From positions 1 to 46,319 of IMG/VR virus record IMGVR_UViG_3300031848_000744: a stretch of DNA of 46,319 nt; one strand, given 5' to 3'. This DNA comes from a virus (taxonomy: Duplodnaviria > Caudoviricetes). Every line of letters begins with the position of its first letter. The first letter of the stretch is position 1. The position numbers and the translations under genes are program-made. The notes below the pieces were generated by a model. That model ran no database searches. It saw only the letters and a program-made list of their open reading frames with translations, and was not told the DNA's origin. Shown one piece after another: positions 35,217-44,500 of the stretch.

Positions 35217-35655
35217 CGCTTTGGTACACCTTCCATTTTATTATGTTACCGATTGTCTGGTGACGCCAGCGCAAGGTTTCCACAATTTCTTGTAATGTTT
35301 CGATCATAGTTTTATAATAAACTATTTTTTCTTCGCTTCTTTGAATGTCAACATCAGAATCATAATAGTGGTTCATGTCACCTTTCATGATTTTCATGCC
35401 ATCAAATGGATCAAAATCCCAACCTTTTTCGGTGATTTGTTCGCCAGACATTTTTCCGTTATAATATAACCATTTGTCCTTGAGAAGAATTTTTTGTTTC
35501 ATCTCTGCTTTTTTCTTTTGAAGTTTATATACGGAAAGTAGTTGTAGATATTTTGCATGTAGTTTTGCAACATCTACGCTAGATCGATCTAGGTTATGTT
35601 CATCAATATTACAATCATTAGACCAGTGTTCAAGTATTTCCTCAAGGTTAAGCAA
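35209..35655 (-). CDS. uvsY: Recombination mediator UvsY
   Basis: LHAKYL and WLYYNGK motifs; synteny with uvsW. Confidence 0.9.
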   Translation of the reverse strand: MLNLEEILEHWSNDCNIDEHNLDRSSVDVAKLHAKYLQLLSVYKLQKKKAEMKQKILLKDKWLYYNGKMSGEQITEKGWDFDPFDGMKIMKGDMNHYYDSDVDIQRSEEKIVYYKTMIETLQEIVETLRWRHQTIGNIIKWKVYQSGG

Positions 35656-35690
35656 TCATATTCTCCATAATGTATTAATAATATATAGGA

Positions 35691-36194
35691 CTATTTTATC
35701 TCGTAATATCCAATCTTAAAAGTTACTGGAAATGTAATTACTGGTGAAGTTTCTGAGGTTGCTTCCATCAAAATTGTTCCAATGCTGGTTGGTACGCAAT
35801 CGATATATCTTATCGTCCTCACAACATTATTGTGACTACTAGTTATTGTTAAAGTAATATCTAACTCTTGTGATGTTCCGATAGAGGTTGCCTTTGCCAT
35901 CGGTGACTTATAATTAGTTTCAACTAAAGAATTTAATAGATCGAAGACTTCAATGTAAGTCTGCATATTTTCATCAACCAAAATATCCATTGATAAATCT
36001 TCAAAAGTTAATGTATCACCTGGGACTGAAATACTAGAAATTCTTTTGTATGCAACACTTGGTGCTTGGACGCTAACTCCTGGATGGATTATTCTTTGAG
36101 CAAAAAACTCAAGGTTACCAAATGTGCTATGGTTTATGACTACCTTAAAATTGGTAGGTTGAAGATAATTCATATTTGTGGTGACTGTTGCCAT
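35691..36194 (-). CDS. gp3: Tail completion / sheath stabiliser gp3
   Basis: NYLQPTNF, PGD.LTFEDL and LVDENM motifs; gp23-gp3-uvsY synteny. Confidence 0.8.
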   Translation of the reverse strand: MATVTTNMNYLQPTNFKVVINHSTFGNLEFFAQRIIHPGVSVQAPSVAYKRISSISVPGDTLTFEDLSMDILVDENMQTYIEVFDLLNSLVETNYKSPMAKATSIGTSQELDITLTITSSHNNVVRTIRYIDCVPTSIGTILMEATSETSPVITFPVTFKIGYYEIK

Positions 36195-36227
36195 CTGATT
36201 ATATCCGTTTATATCCATTCATACCTA

Positions 36228-36235
36228 TATTTATA
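36228..36235 (-). promoter_or_regulatory. T4-type late promoter TATAAATA
   Basis: Exact consensus upstream of gp3. Confidence 0.8.
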
Positions 36236-36256
36236 CTTAATAGATAGAATTTAGAT

Positions 36257-36284
36257 AAAAAAAGCAGCGCCGAAACACTGCTTT
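36257..36284 (-). terminator. Intrinsic terminator after gp23 (UUCG loop)
   Basis: AAAGCAGTGT-TTCG-GCGCTGC-TTTTTTT. Confidence 0.85.
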
Positions 36285-36296
36285 AAAGTTTTATGG

Positions 36297-36324
36297 AAGG
36301 TGGGATCGTTAATCGTCCCACCTT
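36297..36324 (-). other. Second stem-loop immediately 3' of gp23
   Basis: Perfect 9-bp stem AAGGTGGGA/TCCCACCTT. Confidence 0.6.
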
Positions 36325-36336
36325 TCTTGTGCGATA

Positions 36337-37683
36337 TTATGCACCCAGAATGTTGTCCACTCTGAAGATTCTGTAGTACTGGTTTGTACGTACAGTGGCA
36401 AGACCGTTTGCGGGCGCAGCGCCAACAAATGGGTTCGATACCATACCATAACGGGTTTTGAAACCAATTTTTGGTTGGAAATCGTTCTCACCAACGGCGC
36501 GAACCATGGTCAGAGGTACGTATGGGCAATAGAAGATACCAGCATCATATGCGTTTGTACCTTTATAACCGACAGTGATATAGTCAACAGTGGCATATGG
36601 GTCAACATATACTTTTGTACGACCATTAAGAACACCAGCAAAAGTGTTACCAGTGTCATCAACATTCAAGTTGGTTGACATTGCTGGAGCATAATCCAAC
36701 ATACCAGTTGCTGCCAAGCACGATGCAACATCACTGGAAGTGATGATGAAGTTACCGCGACCTCTACGAGTTTCTTTGGCAATGTTATTTGCTTCACGCT
36801 CGATTTGGACCATGAGACCTTTAAACTTCTCTACGCTCCAACGACCATCAGCATCTGTCTGAAGATCAAACACACCATTCAGCAAGGTGTTACCAGTGGA
36901 TGCACCAGTTTTTGCTTGTGAGTTAATGGTACGAATTACTTCGCGGTTGATTTCTGCAAGAATCTCAGTTGAAAGAATATTGGCAAGTTCGCTTTCAGCG
37001 TCCAGACCGTGAATTGCTTTCAAATCCTGTGCGAGTTCAAGCGAATATTCCGCTTTCAATGCGCGTGTTTTGGCAGATACAGTTGCTTTTGAAATGGTGA
37101 AACCCATTTCAGCAAATGCGCTTGCGCCAGTTGTACCCAGCATTTCGCCATTGGCGAGAGTCATTGGTGTACCTGTGAGCGGATCAACACGTTGATCGTC
37201 AATGGTTGAGTCAGTGTCAGTGTCTGTTACACCACCAAGACCAGAACCATCTGCTAATTGAGTGCTTGCAGAATCGCCCGAATAACCAGAAACTGCTTCG
37301 CCAGTTAATGCTTCACCGTTAGCAGTAGCACCTGAACGTGTTGTTTCGTAGGTTGACTTCATGGCAAAGATCAGTCCAGTTGGACCAGTCATTGGTTGAA
37401 CACCACATACGTCATATGCCATCATATTTGGCATGGCACGACGAACAAGCGAAATCAGAACTGGGTTCCAATTAGCAACATTTGCTGTGTTGTTTGATGG
37501 TGCTGCTTCTGTCAGTTGACCGAAACCACCTTGTGCTGTTTGTTGCTCACGCAGAGCAATTTCTTGGTTCTCAAGCACAACAGCAGTTACTGCTTTGCGG
37601 TGCTTATCTTGAATTGCGCCAGCAGATTCTTCATTCAGAACCGGGGCCCACTTTTCAATCAATTGGTTGTAGTTCATTTCCAT
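36337..37683 (-). CDS. gp23: Major capsid protein gp23
   Basis: KWAPVL, LISLVRR, GVQPMTGPTGLIFAM, ELAQDLKAIHGLDAE and FQPKIGFKTRYG motifs. Confidence 0.98.
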   Translation of the reverse strand: MEMNYNQLIEKWAPVLNEESAGAIQDKHRKAVTAVVLENQEIALREQQTAQGGFGQLTEAAPSNNTANVANWNPVLISLVRRAMPNMMAYDVCGVQPMTGPTGLIFAMKSTYETTRSGATANGEALTGEAVSGYSGDSASTQLADGSGLGGVTDTDTDSTIDDQRVDPLTGTPMTLANGEMLGTTGASAFAEMGFTISKATVSAKTRALKAEYSLELAQDLKAIHGLDAESELANILSTEILAEINREVIRTINSQAKTGASTGNTLLNGVFDLQTDADGRWSVEKFKGLMVQIEREANNIAKETRRGRGNFIITSSDVASCLAATGMLDYAPAMSTNLNVDDTGNTFAGVLNGRTKVYVDPYATVDYITVGYKGTNAYDAGIFYCPYVPLTMVRAVGENDFQPKIGFKTRYGMVSNPFVGAAPANGLATVRTNQYYRIFRVDNILGA

Positions 37684-37695
37684 TATGGATACTCC

Positions 37696-38787
37696 TTAAT
37701 TACTTGCTTTAATAGCGGCAACATATTGCGCCATACTATTTGATACGTTTACGTCTACATCCGTATCTTCTTGGGTTTCTTCTGTAAGTGTTTCTTCTAC
37801 AATAGCAGCAGGTGCGACTGCTGGTTTACCGTGGAAGTAAGACTCTTTGATGGTCTCGACTTTAAATTTGAAATTTTCTTCAGTTTCAAATTCTACGCCT
37901 TCAACCAGTTTTTCCAATTTAGATGCTTCAGTACTAGCAAGATCATTTGCTGCTTCTACAATAATTGCAGCGCGTTTCAAATTAGAAATTGCTTCGTTCA
38001 TATCAACATTATTTTGGGTTTGCTTATTCAAAAGTTCTTCTAGTTCTTGAACTTCTTCTGCAAGTTGGTCTACTAGGTCAACTTTGGTTTCTGGAACTTC
38101 GATGTAAGATTCTACAAACAGGTCTTTCAACTTGCCCATGAAACCTTCAGCGATTTCCGACCGAATACCATGCTCTACAGCAATACGGTTTTCTTCAACC
38201 CATTGTTCGACAACGTAGTTTAAATAAGAATCAATCTTGTCTACAAGGTCACCCTTTGCTTCTGTGATTGCTTCTTCAGTCTCTGTAGCATATTGCTCTT
38301 CCAGAGAATAGACTTTTTCACCAAATTCCTCATCCAATTCTTGAATTCTAGTTGCAACTCTTGTAGTAAGTGCTGCCTCAAAAATTGTACTTGCTTTTGC
38401 TTTAAAGTCTTCTGATAGAGATTCATCAGCAGAAATTAGGACTTCTAAATCAGCACTGGTAGTATCTTCTACCATTGCAACATCGTCTTCCATTTCTACT
38501 TCTACTTCTTCACCCATCATTTTTTCATATGCTGCTTTGATTTCAGTCTTGGTTTTCATACCATTCATTTTATCAGTCATAGCATTGACCATTCCCGCCT
38601 TAGTCTTAGGAGGGGATGCTTTTTTAGTAACTTTGCTTGCGAGTGCTACAGATTGCACAGAATCATCTTCTGCGCCTTCTGGATCATCCGAAAGTGATGC
38701 TTCCGCTACCATTACTTCTTCGTGAGATTCCACAATTTCGTTGTCATCATGGACCTCAAGTTCCTGTTCGTTATTTTGATCAGTCAT
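37696..38787 (-). CDS. gp22: Prohead core scaffold gp22
   Basis: Acidic coiled coil with FKAKASTIFEAA and IDSYLNYVVEQW; lies between gp21 and gp23. Confidence 0.92.
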   Translation of the reverse strand: MTDQNNEQELEVHDDNEIVESHEEVMVAEASLSDDPEGAEDDSVQSVALASKVTKKASPPKTKAGMVNAMTDKMNGMKTKTEIKAAYEKMMGEEVEVEMEDDVAMVEDTTSADLEVLISADESLSEDFKAKASTIFEAALTTRVATRIQELDEEFGEKVYSLEEQYATETEEAITEAKGDLVDKIDSYLNYVVEQWVEENRIAVEHGIRSEIAEGFMGKLKDLFVESYIEVPETKVDLVDQLAEEVQELEELLNKQTQNNVDMNEAISNLKRAAIIVEAANDLASTEASKLEKLVEGVEFETEENFKFKVETIKESYFHGKPAVAPAAIVEETLTEETQEDTDVDVNVSNSMAQYVAAIKASN

Positions 38788-38801
38788 ACTTGACTCCTTT
38801 T

Positions 38802-39452
38802 TTATTTCAGCAACGAGAGGAAATTTTCAAACCCACGAATTTGCGCTTCTTGCAAACCTTTTGATGGAGTTCTTTTTATTTCAGTCTCTATTTTTTCAAT
38901 TTCTTGAGGTTTAATCATTCCATTATCCCATACCCATTCAACACCTTCCATAATGCCATTTACAAAAGCATTAGGTGCACTTGGGTCTTGAACAATGTCA
39001 ACGGTGTTAAGAATAAAATCTTCCTTAACTTCCATTATCCCATTACGTTTCTCAAGACTTCCCATACCACGAGTCGAAACACCTAGTTGACAACCACCAT
39101 CCAGCAAACCTTTTACAATTTTACCCATAGGAGTGTCTAATATAAGTGCTTTACCCATCACATCATTTCCTTCAAATTGAAGTTCTGTAATACGATGGGA
39201 TACCTTGTCCAAATTAACTGTTGGTCCTTCAGGATGATTTAACTCACCTACAGCACGACCAGTGCTAACTTGTTCTTTTACATATTTGTTAACAGCATTT
39301 TCCATAACTGCTTTTGGATACATTCTTTTGTTGCGGTTCGCTGCTTCTGCCTGAGCAAACACGCCTTCTATCTGATAAGTTTTTTCACCGTTAGCATTTG
39401 CTTCCGTGATTAAGTTTAATGCACCGTCACAGTACTCAGCAATCAGTTTCAT
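38802..39452 (-). CDS. gp21: Prohead protease gp21
   Basis: GELNHP, GVSTRGMGSL and DIVQDPSAP motifs. Confidence 0.95.
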   Translation of the reverse strand: MKLIAEYCDGALNLITEANANGEKTYQIEGVFAQAEAANRNKRMYPKAVMENAVNKYVKEQVSTGRAVGELNHPEGPTVNLDKVSHRITELQFEGNDVMGKALILDTPMGKIVKGLLDGGCQLGVSTRGMGSLEKRNGIMEVKEDFILNTVDIVQDPSAPNAFVNGIMEGVEWVWDNGMIKPQEIEKIETEIKRTPSKGLQEAQIRGFENFLSLLK

Positions 39453-39455
39453 ATC

Positions 39456-39650
39456 TTATCCCTTATATTGCTTAATGAATTCTTTTGCCATGGCGAGACC
39501 TTCTTTTTCTGAACCATAAGTGTCCAAAACTTCGCCATCTATTTCAACTTTAAATTCTTTTCCTACTTTTTTTATATCAACTTTTGCACCATCTATTTTC
39601 ATAGATTTTTCAATTAGTAGGTCTGCATTTAATTCTTTAAAAGTCTTCAT
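39456..39650 (-). CDS. Small prohead core / internal protein (gp68 position)
   Basis: Starts MKTFKEL (CTS-like), has its own late promoter, and lies directly upstream of gp21. Confidence 0.6.
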   Translation of the reverse strand: MKTFKELNADLLIEKSMKIDGAKVDIKKVGKEFKVEIDGEVLDTYGSEKEGLAMAKEFIKQYKG

Positions 39651-39681
39651 TAAATTAACTCTTTTTTATTTGTCTATATTG

Positions 39682-39689
39682 TATTTATA
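39682..39689 (-). promoter_or_regulatory. T4-type late promoter TATAAATA
   Basis: Exact consensus. Confidence 0.8.
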
Positions 39690-39694
39690 CAAAT

Positions 39695-39946
39695 TTATTC
39701 TTCACTTTCGTCTTTATTAAACATTTTTTGACCCATAGCGACTCTTTCTACCTCTATGGCACTTTGGATTTTATCTCCAATCATGTCGGCAAAAACTTCA
39801 CCCGCAACCCTAAGATTACCGTCATGGATAGCATCAATCATTTCGTGTGCTGGATCAAGTTCTTGTTCCACTTCACTAACATCTTTGCTGTCATCTTCAC
39901 CACTAATTTCATGGTCTACTTCAAATACGATATCTTCATCTTCCAT
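39695..39946 (-). CDS. Acidic prohead core protein (gp67-like)
   Basis: 83 aa, very acidic, MIDAI..G....A...F pattern; synteny with the head module. Confidence 0.6.
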   Translation of the reverse strand: MEDEDIVFEVDHEISGEDDSKDVSEVEQELDPAHEMIDAIHDGNLRVAGEVFADMIGDKIQSAIEVERVAMGQKMFNKDESEE

Positions 39947-39970
39947 TTCAATGTCTCCTTGTTACAGTCT

Positions 39971-39978
39971 TATTTATA
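39971..39978 (-). promoter_or_regulatory. T4-type late promoter TATAAATA
   Basis: Exact consensus upstream of the gp67-like gene. Confidence 0.8.
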
Positions 39979-39995
39979 CAAAATAGTTTTTCCAA

Positions 39996-41597
39996 TTAAT
40001 GCCATCCATCTGGTTCAAACCAACCATTCATACTAGGAAATATATGCGGTAATTGTATTTCTCCACCATCTGCGGTTAGGTTAGATGCGCCTGCTGATGG
40101 AGTTACACCAAACATCACAAAAATTCCTGGACCACCGCAATTACCACAACCATTTCTGGCAGTATCACTTGCATCAGTTAGGGTACTATTAGCACCACCT
40201 CCACCGCCCCAATTAGACGGTGCATATTCTCTTACCGTACCATTACCTGGTGTCAAAGAGGAACTACTTGCACCACGATGCTGCATTCCTCCATCTTTTC
40301 CACCATAAGTTCCTCGACCACCTTTAGAACTGAGACCACCTAATTTATTGGTATCATCCTTATTAGTAGCAGTTAATTTAAAATCAAACCTTGGATCATT
40401 GGATGTATTGTTGGTGCCGATAAAAAAATTCTTCTGTCTTGCGTTTATTCCAGTTAAGTCTGACGCTACATGGGCAACAGGTGGGACGCCGACTGCATCA
40501 TGAAAACCAATGTCCACTCCAGATAAAAAATCACTTGTCGAAAGATTATCCATCACCGAAGCAGTACCTTTATCATAGGCAGAATCGAAAATGCCGCCAC
40601 CGCAATTTCTTGCTTGCAAAGTACTTGTTGGTGTGCTATGACCAAGGGATGTACCTCTGCCACCACCACCAGCAGATGAAATGAACCCAGTACCGCCAGT
40701 GCCATTAGCATTGTCTCCAAGACCCCATCCATCACCACCAGTTGGTTTACTCCCAGATGCGCTTGCTGCTGTAAAATTAGCAGCACTAAACCCACCAACA
40801 CCACCGCCGCCACCGCCCAACTGTGTATTTCCCGAACTAGATGGTGAACGCTTTCCACCATCACCACCGATACCAAACACCATTTGACCAGTATTTGGGT
40901 AATTTGCATTATTGAAATTAGAATTACTTGACCTTGATGAAGTGCCACCTGCTGGTTTGATTGCAGTATTACTTGTGCCACCACCAGCACCACCACCAGC
41001 AGTTACGAGCGTAACACCATCAACTTTAAATATTGTTGAACCACCGCTAAACCCAGATGCAGTATTTCCACTTGATACTTCTTTAGCAAGTCCACCACTT
41101 CCGACTATAACAGTCCAAACTTCTCCAGCAGTATACTTTACACCTTTAGGTATGTACACCGATCCACCGCCAGCGCCGCCATTACCTGGATTGCCACTAG
41201 CACCACCTCCAGCACCAATCAAAATCATCCCAAAATGTTTTCCATCCATTGTTGATGGTGGCGTTACTGTGAAACTTTTTCCAGAGTTTGAAACTGGCAC
41301 TGGTGATTCACCAGTACATACGACACCCCAATGTCTGTTTGCAAAACCTTGTGGTAAACCTTCGCCAGCACTTTGAAAGTCTAATATGGTAATCTGCCCA
41401 GAGGTTGGAATAGTTGCTGATTCGACTGTGGGTACGATACCACCGCCTCTATATAAATCCGTTAGTCTGTAGTTACTAATACCACTTGAACTATATTGAG
41501 AATGTCCAGAAGGTGGTGGGAACACAGCAAATATGTCCTCCATAGTTACTCCTGGATCGTTTGGGTCAAAGGGATCAATTCTTCTTATCTTGGCCAT
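39996..41597 (-). CDS. Glycine-rich tail fibre adhesin (gp38-like)
   Basis: Many GxGG/GGGGG runs separated by variable loops. N-terminal LTDLYRGG...IPTSGQI. Coupled by TAATG to the fibre gene. Confidence 0.65.
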   Translation of the reverse strand: MAKIRRIDPFDPNDPGVTMEDIFAVFPPPSGHSQYSSSGISNYRLTDLYRGGGIVPTVESATIPTSGQITILDFQSAGEGLPQGFANRHWGVVCTGESPVPVSNSGKSFTVTPPSTMDGKHFGMILIGAGGGASGNPGNGGAGGGSVYIPKGVKYTAGEVWTVIVGSGGLAKEVSSGNTASGFSGGSTIFKVDGVTLVTAGGGAGGGTSNTAIKPAGGTSSRSSNSNFNNANYPNTGQMVFGIGGDGGKRSPSSSGNTQLGGGGGGVGGFSAANFTAASASGSKPTGGDGWGLGDNANGTGGTGFISSAGGGGRGTSLGHSTPTSTLQARNCGGGIFDSAYDKGTASVMDNLSTSDFLSGVDIGFHDAVGVPPVAHVASDLTGINARQKNFFIGTNNTSNDPRFDFKLTATNKDDTNKLGGLSSKGGRGTYGGKDGGMQHRGASSSSLTPGNGTVREYAPSNWGGGGGANSTLTDASDTARNGCGNCGGPGIFVMFGVTPSAGASNLTADGGEIQLPHIFPSMNGWFEPDGWH

Positions 41598-44500
41598 TAT
41601 TTATTTTCCAATTCCTCAACTCTAATCTTTAACTCTTTTATTGACTCAATCAATAGTGGAACGAGTTTTTCATAATAAACTGCTTTATAACCATCTACTC
41701 TATCTATAACAATCTCAGGTAAGACTTCCTCAACTTCTTGGGCAATAACTCCAACGTCTTTATCAAAAGTTTCGCGCAATACGTTATCTGCATTTTCATT
41801 CCAAGTAAACGTATATCCATTTAATTTACTTACTTTATCTAGCGCGTTTTCTATTTTTTCTAAATTGTCTTTAAGTCTTAAATCTGATGATGCTGCCGCA
41901 ATAACATTTCCTTGTGCACTAATATTTGTAGTTGCGGTAATCGCCCCAGTAATTGCTAGTGTTGAACCATCGAATGTTGCGTTTGCTTCAGCATTACCAC
42001 CTGATCCAGTTGCAGTCACAAGTCTGTTGTTTGCATTATTAGATACTGAAAATCCACCTACCCCAGAAGCATCAATTGTTACCGTTTGTCCACTAGCAGA
42101 TATTTCTAATCCACTTGATGCGTCTGCTGCAAAAGTTACAGTTTGATGTACCGAACTATAAGTTGTCTCTCCACCATCACCCCCAGCAAATCCACCCGGA
42201 CCTTTTGCTGGTTTGAATGAAAATTGACCATTTGAATTGTTATAAATCACATTCCCAGTAGTATTATCAGCAGTAGTAGTACCAACAACACTTAAATCGC
42301 TTAATGTAATTCCTTCTGGTATTTGTCTCATTTTAAATTCTGAAGGAGCATTTGCGCTAATTTGTGTAGTTTTCGTTAATACCCAACCAACAGCAGCAGC
42401 AGCACTATCGTCAAAATTAGTAAAATCATTTAAAGTCATTCTTCTGTTTATGAATTTTGTAGCAGTAGAACTATCTAACATCATCACAGAAGGTTTTTTC
42501 GTATCACTTTCCGCAAGTGATCCCGCAGGCGCAGCGTGTGGTATAGTTAAGAGTGTATCAAGACACGAATCTACTGTAGTTGCAAAATACCCAGGAGTTA
42601 AAGTGATCGTACCCATTCCATAATTAGAATCTGCTGCGAAGTGAAGAGTACCACCTTTACCAAAAATGGCACCATCAGAATCTGTGCTGGATTGGAAATT
42701 TGAAAGACTTAATGTTGCTGGTTGTTTAAATTCTAATACACCAGATGCTGAATCATATTCTAAACTTCCTTGTGCATTTGCTGGTACAGATGCGACTTGG
42801 ATAATAGAAATCGGTGGATATAATTCTGCTGGTTTGAATGAAAATACTCCACCAGATACAGACAGTGTAGATTGTTCTCCTGAAACTGCTGATGCTGATG
42901 ATACCGATAATGGACCGTTCACTGCGGGAGGTGTGTATGTAAATCCGCCTGTGCCATCATACGCCAGCGCACCACCACCAAGTGGACTGCCAACTTGCAG
43001 TGAAATTGTGTAGGATTTATTGTATGTTATGACACCAGTAGAAGTATCGTAAGCAATCGATCCACCTTCTGCTCTATTGTCGTTATTTGAATGTGTCAAA
43101 GAACTTTTTGCTGTTGTGCCAATATCTGCTGGTGTTAAAGTGATGACACCGCTAGTATTATTATATGTTAATGCACTAGCAGTTCCAGTTGCTGTTGCAT
43201 TTGTGACACTGATCTTAGTAAGTGTTGATGCACTAACACTATCAACATTAGAAGATTTAAAAGTGAATACTCCAGTGGCATCATCATATACTAGTGTAGT
43301 GGATAGACCAGCAGCAGTATCAGTAACAATACTATGCGATAGTGCTGGTTTGAAAGCAAGGATACCATCTTGGATAGCATCTGGTGATGGAGTCCAAGAC
43401 AATGCACCCCCAGCAATTGCTGAATCTGTTCTTGTATCAATTGATATTTTTGCATGAGTGGCAATGATTGAGCGACTATCTGTATGGTAAAGATTTGTCG
43501 TACCTTCTGTGAGACCATCTGTAGTAACTGTTGTGAAATTTCCTGTAACATCTACATTACCATCTTCACTAATTTTAAATAATGCTCCTGTACCATCAAT
43601 AGTGCCAGCATCAGATATTGGATTTTTATTATTATATAATGCCCAATGTCTATCTGTATTAGTATCGTTTGTATCAATAAAGTTATAGATATTTGATAGT
43701 GCAGACAGGTATGAGGCATCTGCTATGTCATTGTGCACATTGGCCCCAATTTGATCATAATTTAAATCTAAAACATTAAATCCAGTTGCACCTGCAATGT
43801 AATAATCTTCCGTATTTAAAATACCACCCAGTTTTGGTGCATCGTCAAATACTATTTTTAGATAACCTTCAGAGAATACGGATTTCATATTATGCCGTAA
43901 ACCTTTCATACCCTTTCCATTACCATCAGAATCTGGTGTTATTAGATTAATTATGTCGGTTGAGTCATTCTGAACTTCTATCGTTAGGATTTGATTACCA
44001 GAAATGTTTGGACTATCAATTAGATATATTCTTGCTTGATCGTCAGCATCTGAGGCAAATGCCTCATCTGGAAAATGTATACCGTTTGCCGCACCAGCAG
44101 AAATGTTTACAGTACTATTAAACGTAGAAGGTCCAGCAGCAATAAGACCTGAAGACAATTTTACGTCATTAGTGCCAGTTACGTGAGCAACGATATCTCC
44201 ACGAAAGTTTGTCAATGCGCTGGTGCTATTCACTTCACCGCCCATTACAAAGAAGGTTCCTTCATTTAGAAAAAATCTAATATTTGGTTGTGCTGTAGAT
44301 ATTTTGTGTTCTGCTACTTCGTATAATTTGTTATTCGACCCACATTGATATACTGCTACATACTGTTGATTTGATAGACCTGCTGCTGACGTTCCAGACC
44401 CTGCCAACTTCGTCAGACCGTTATTGTTTGCTTCTGCTATTAAAAGAGTCTCTGTATATTTCCAATCACCAAAAGATGTTATAACGCAAATATTTCTTGT

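Noticed and set aside
39996-43410. CRISPR array or DGR-like nucleotide repeats
   Set aside because: The repeats are degenerate, in-frame peptide repeats (Gly runs, fibre shaft units). No identical spaced repeats or reverse transcriptase were seen.
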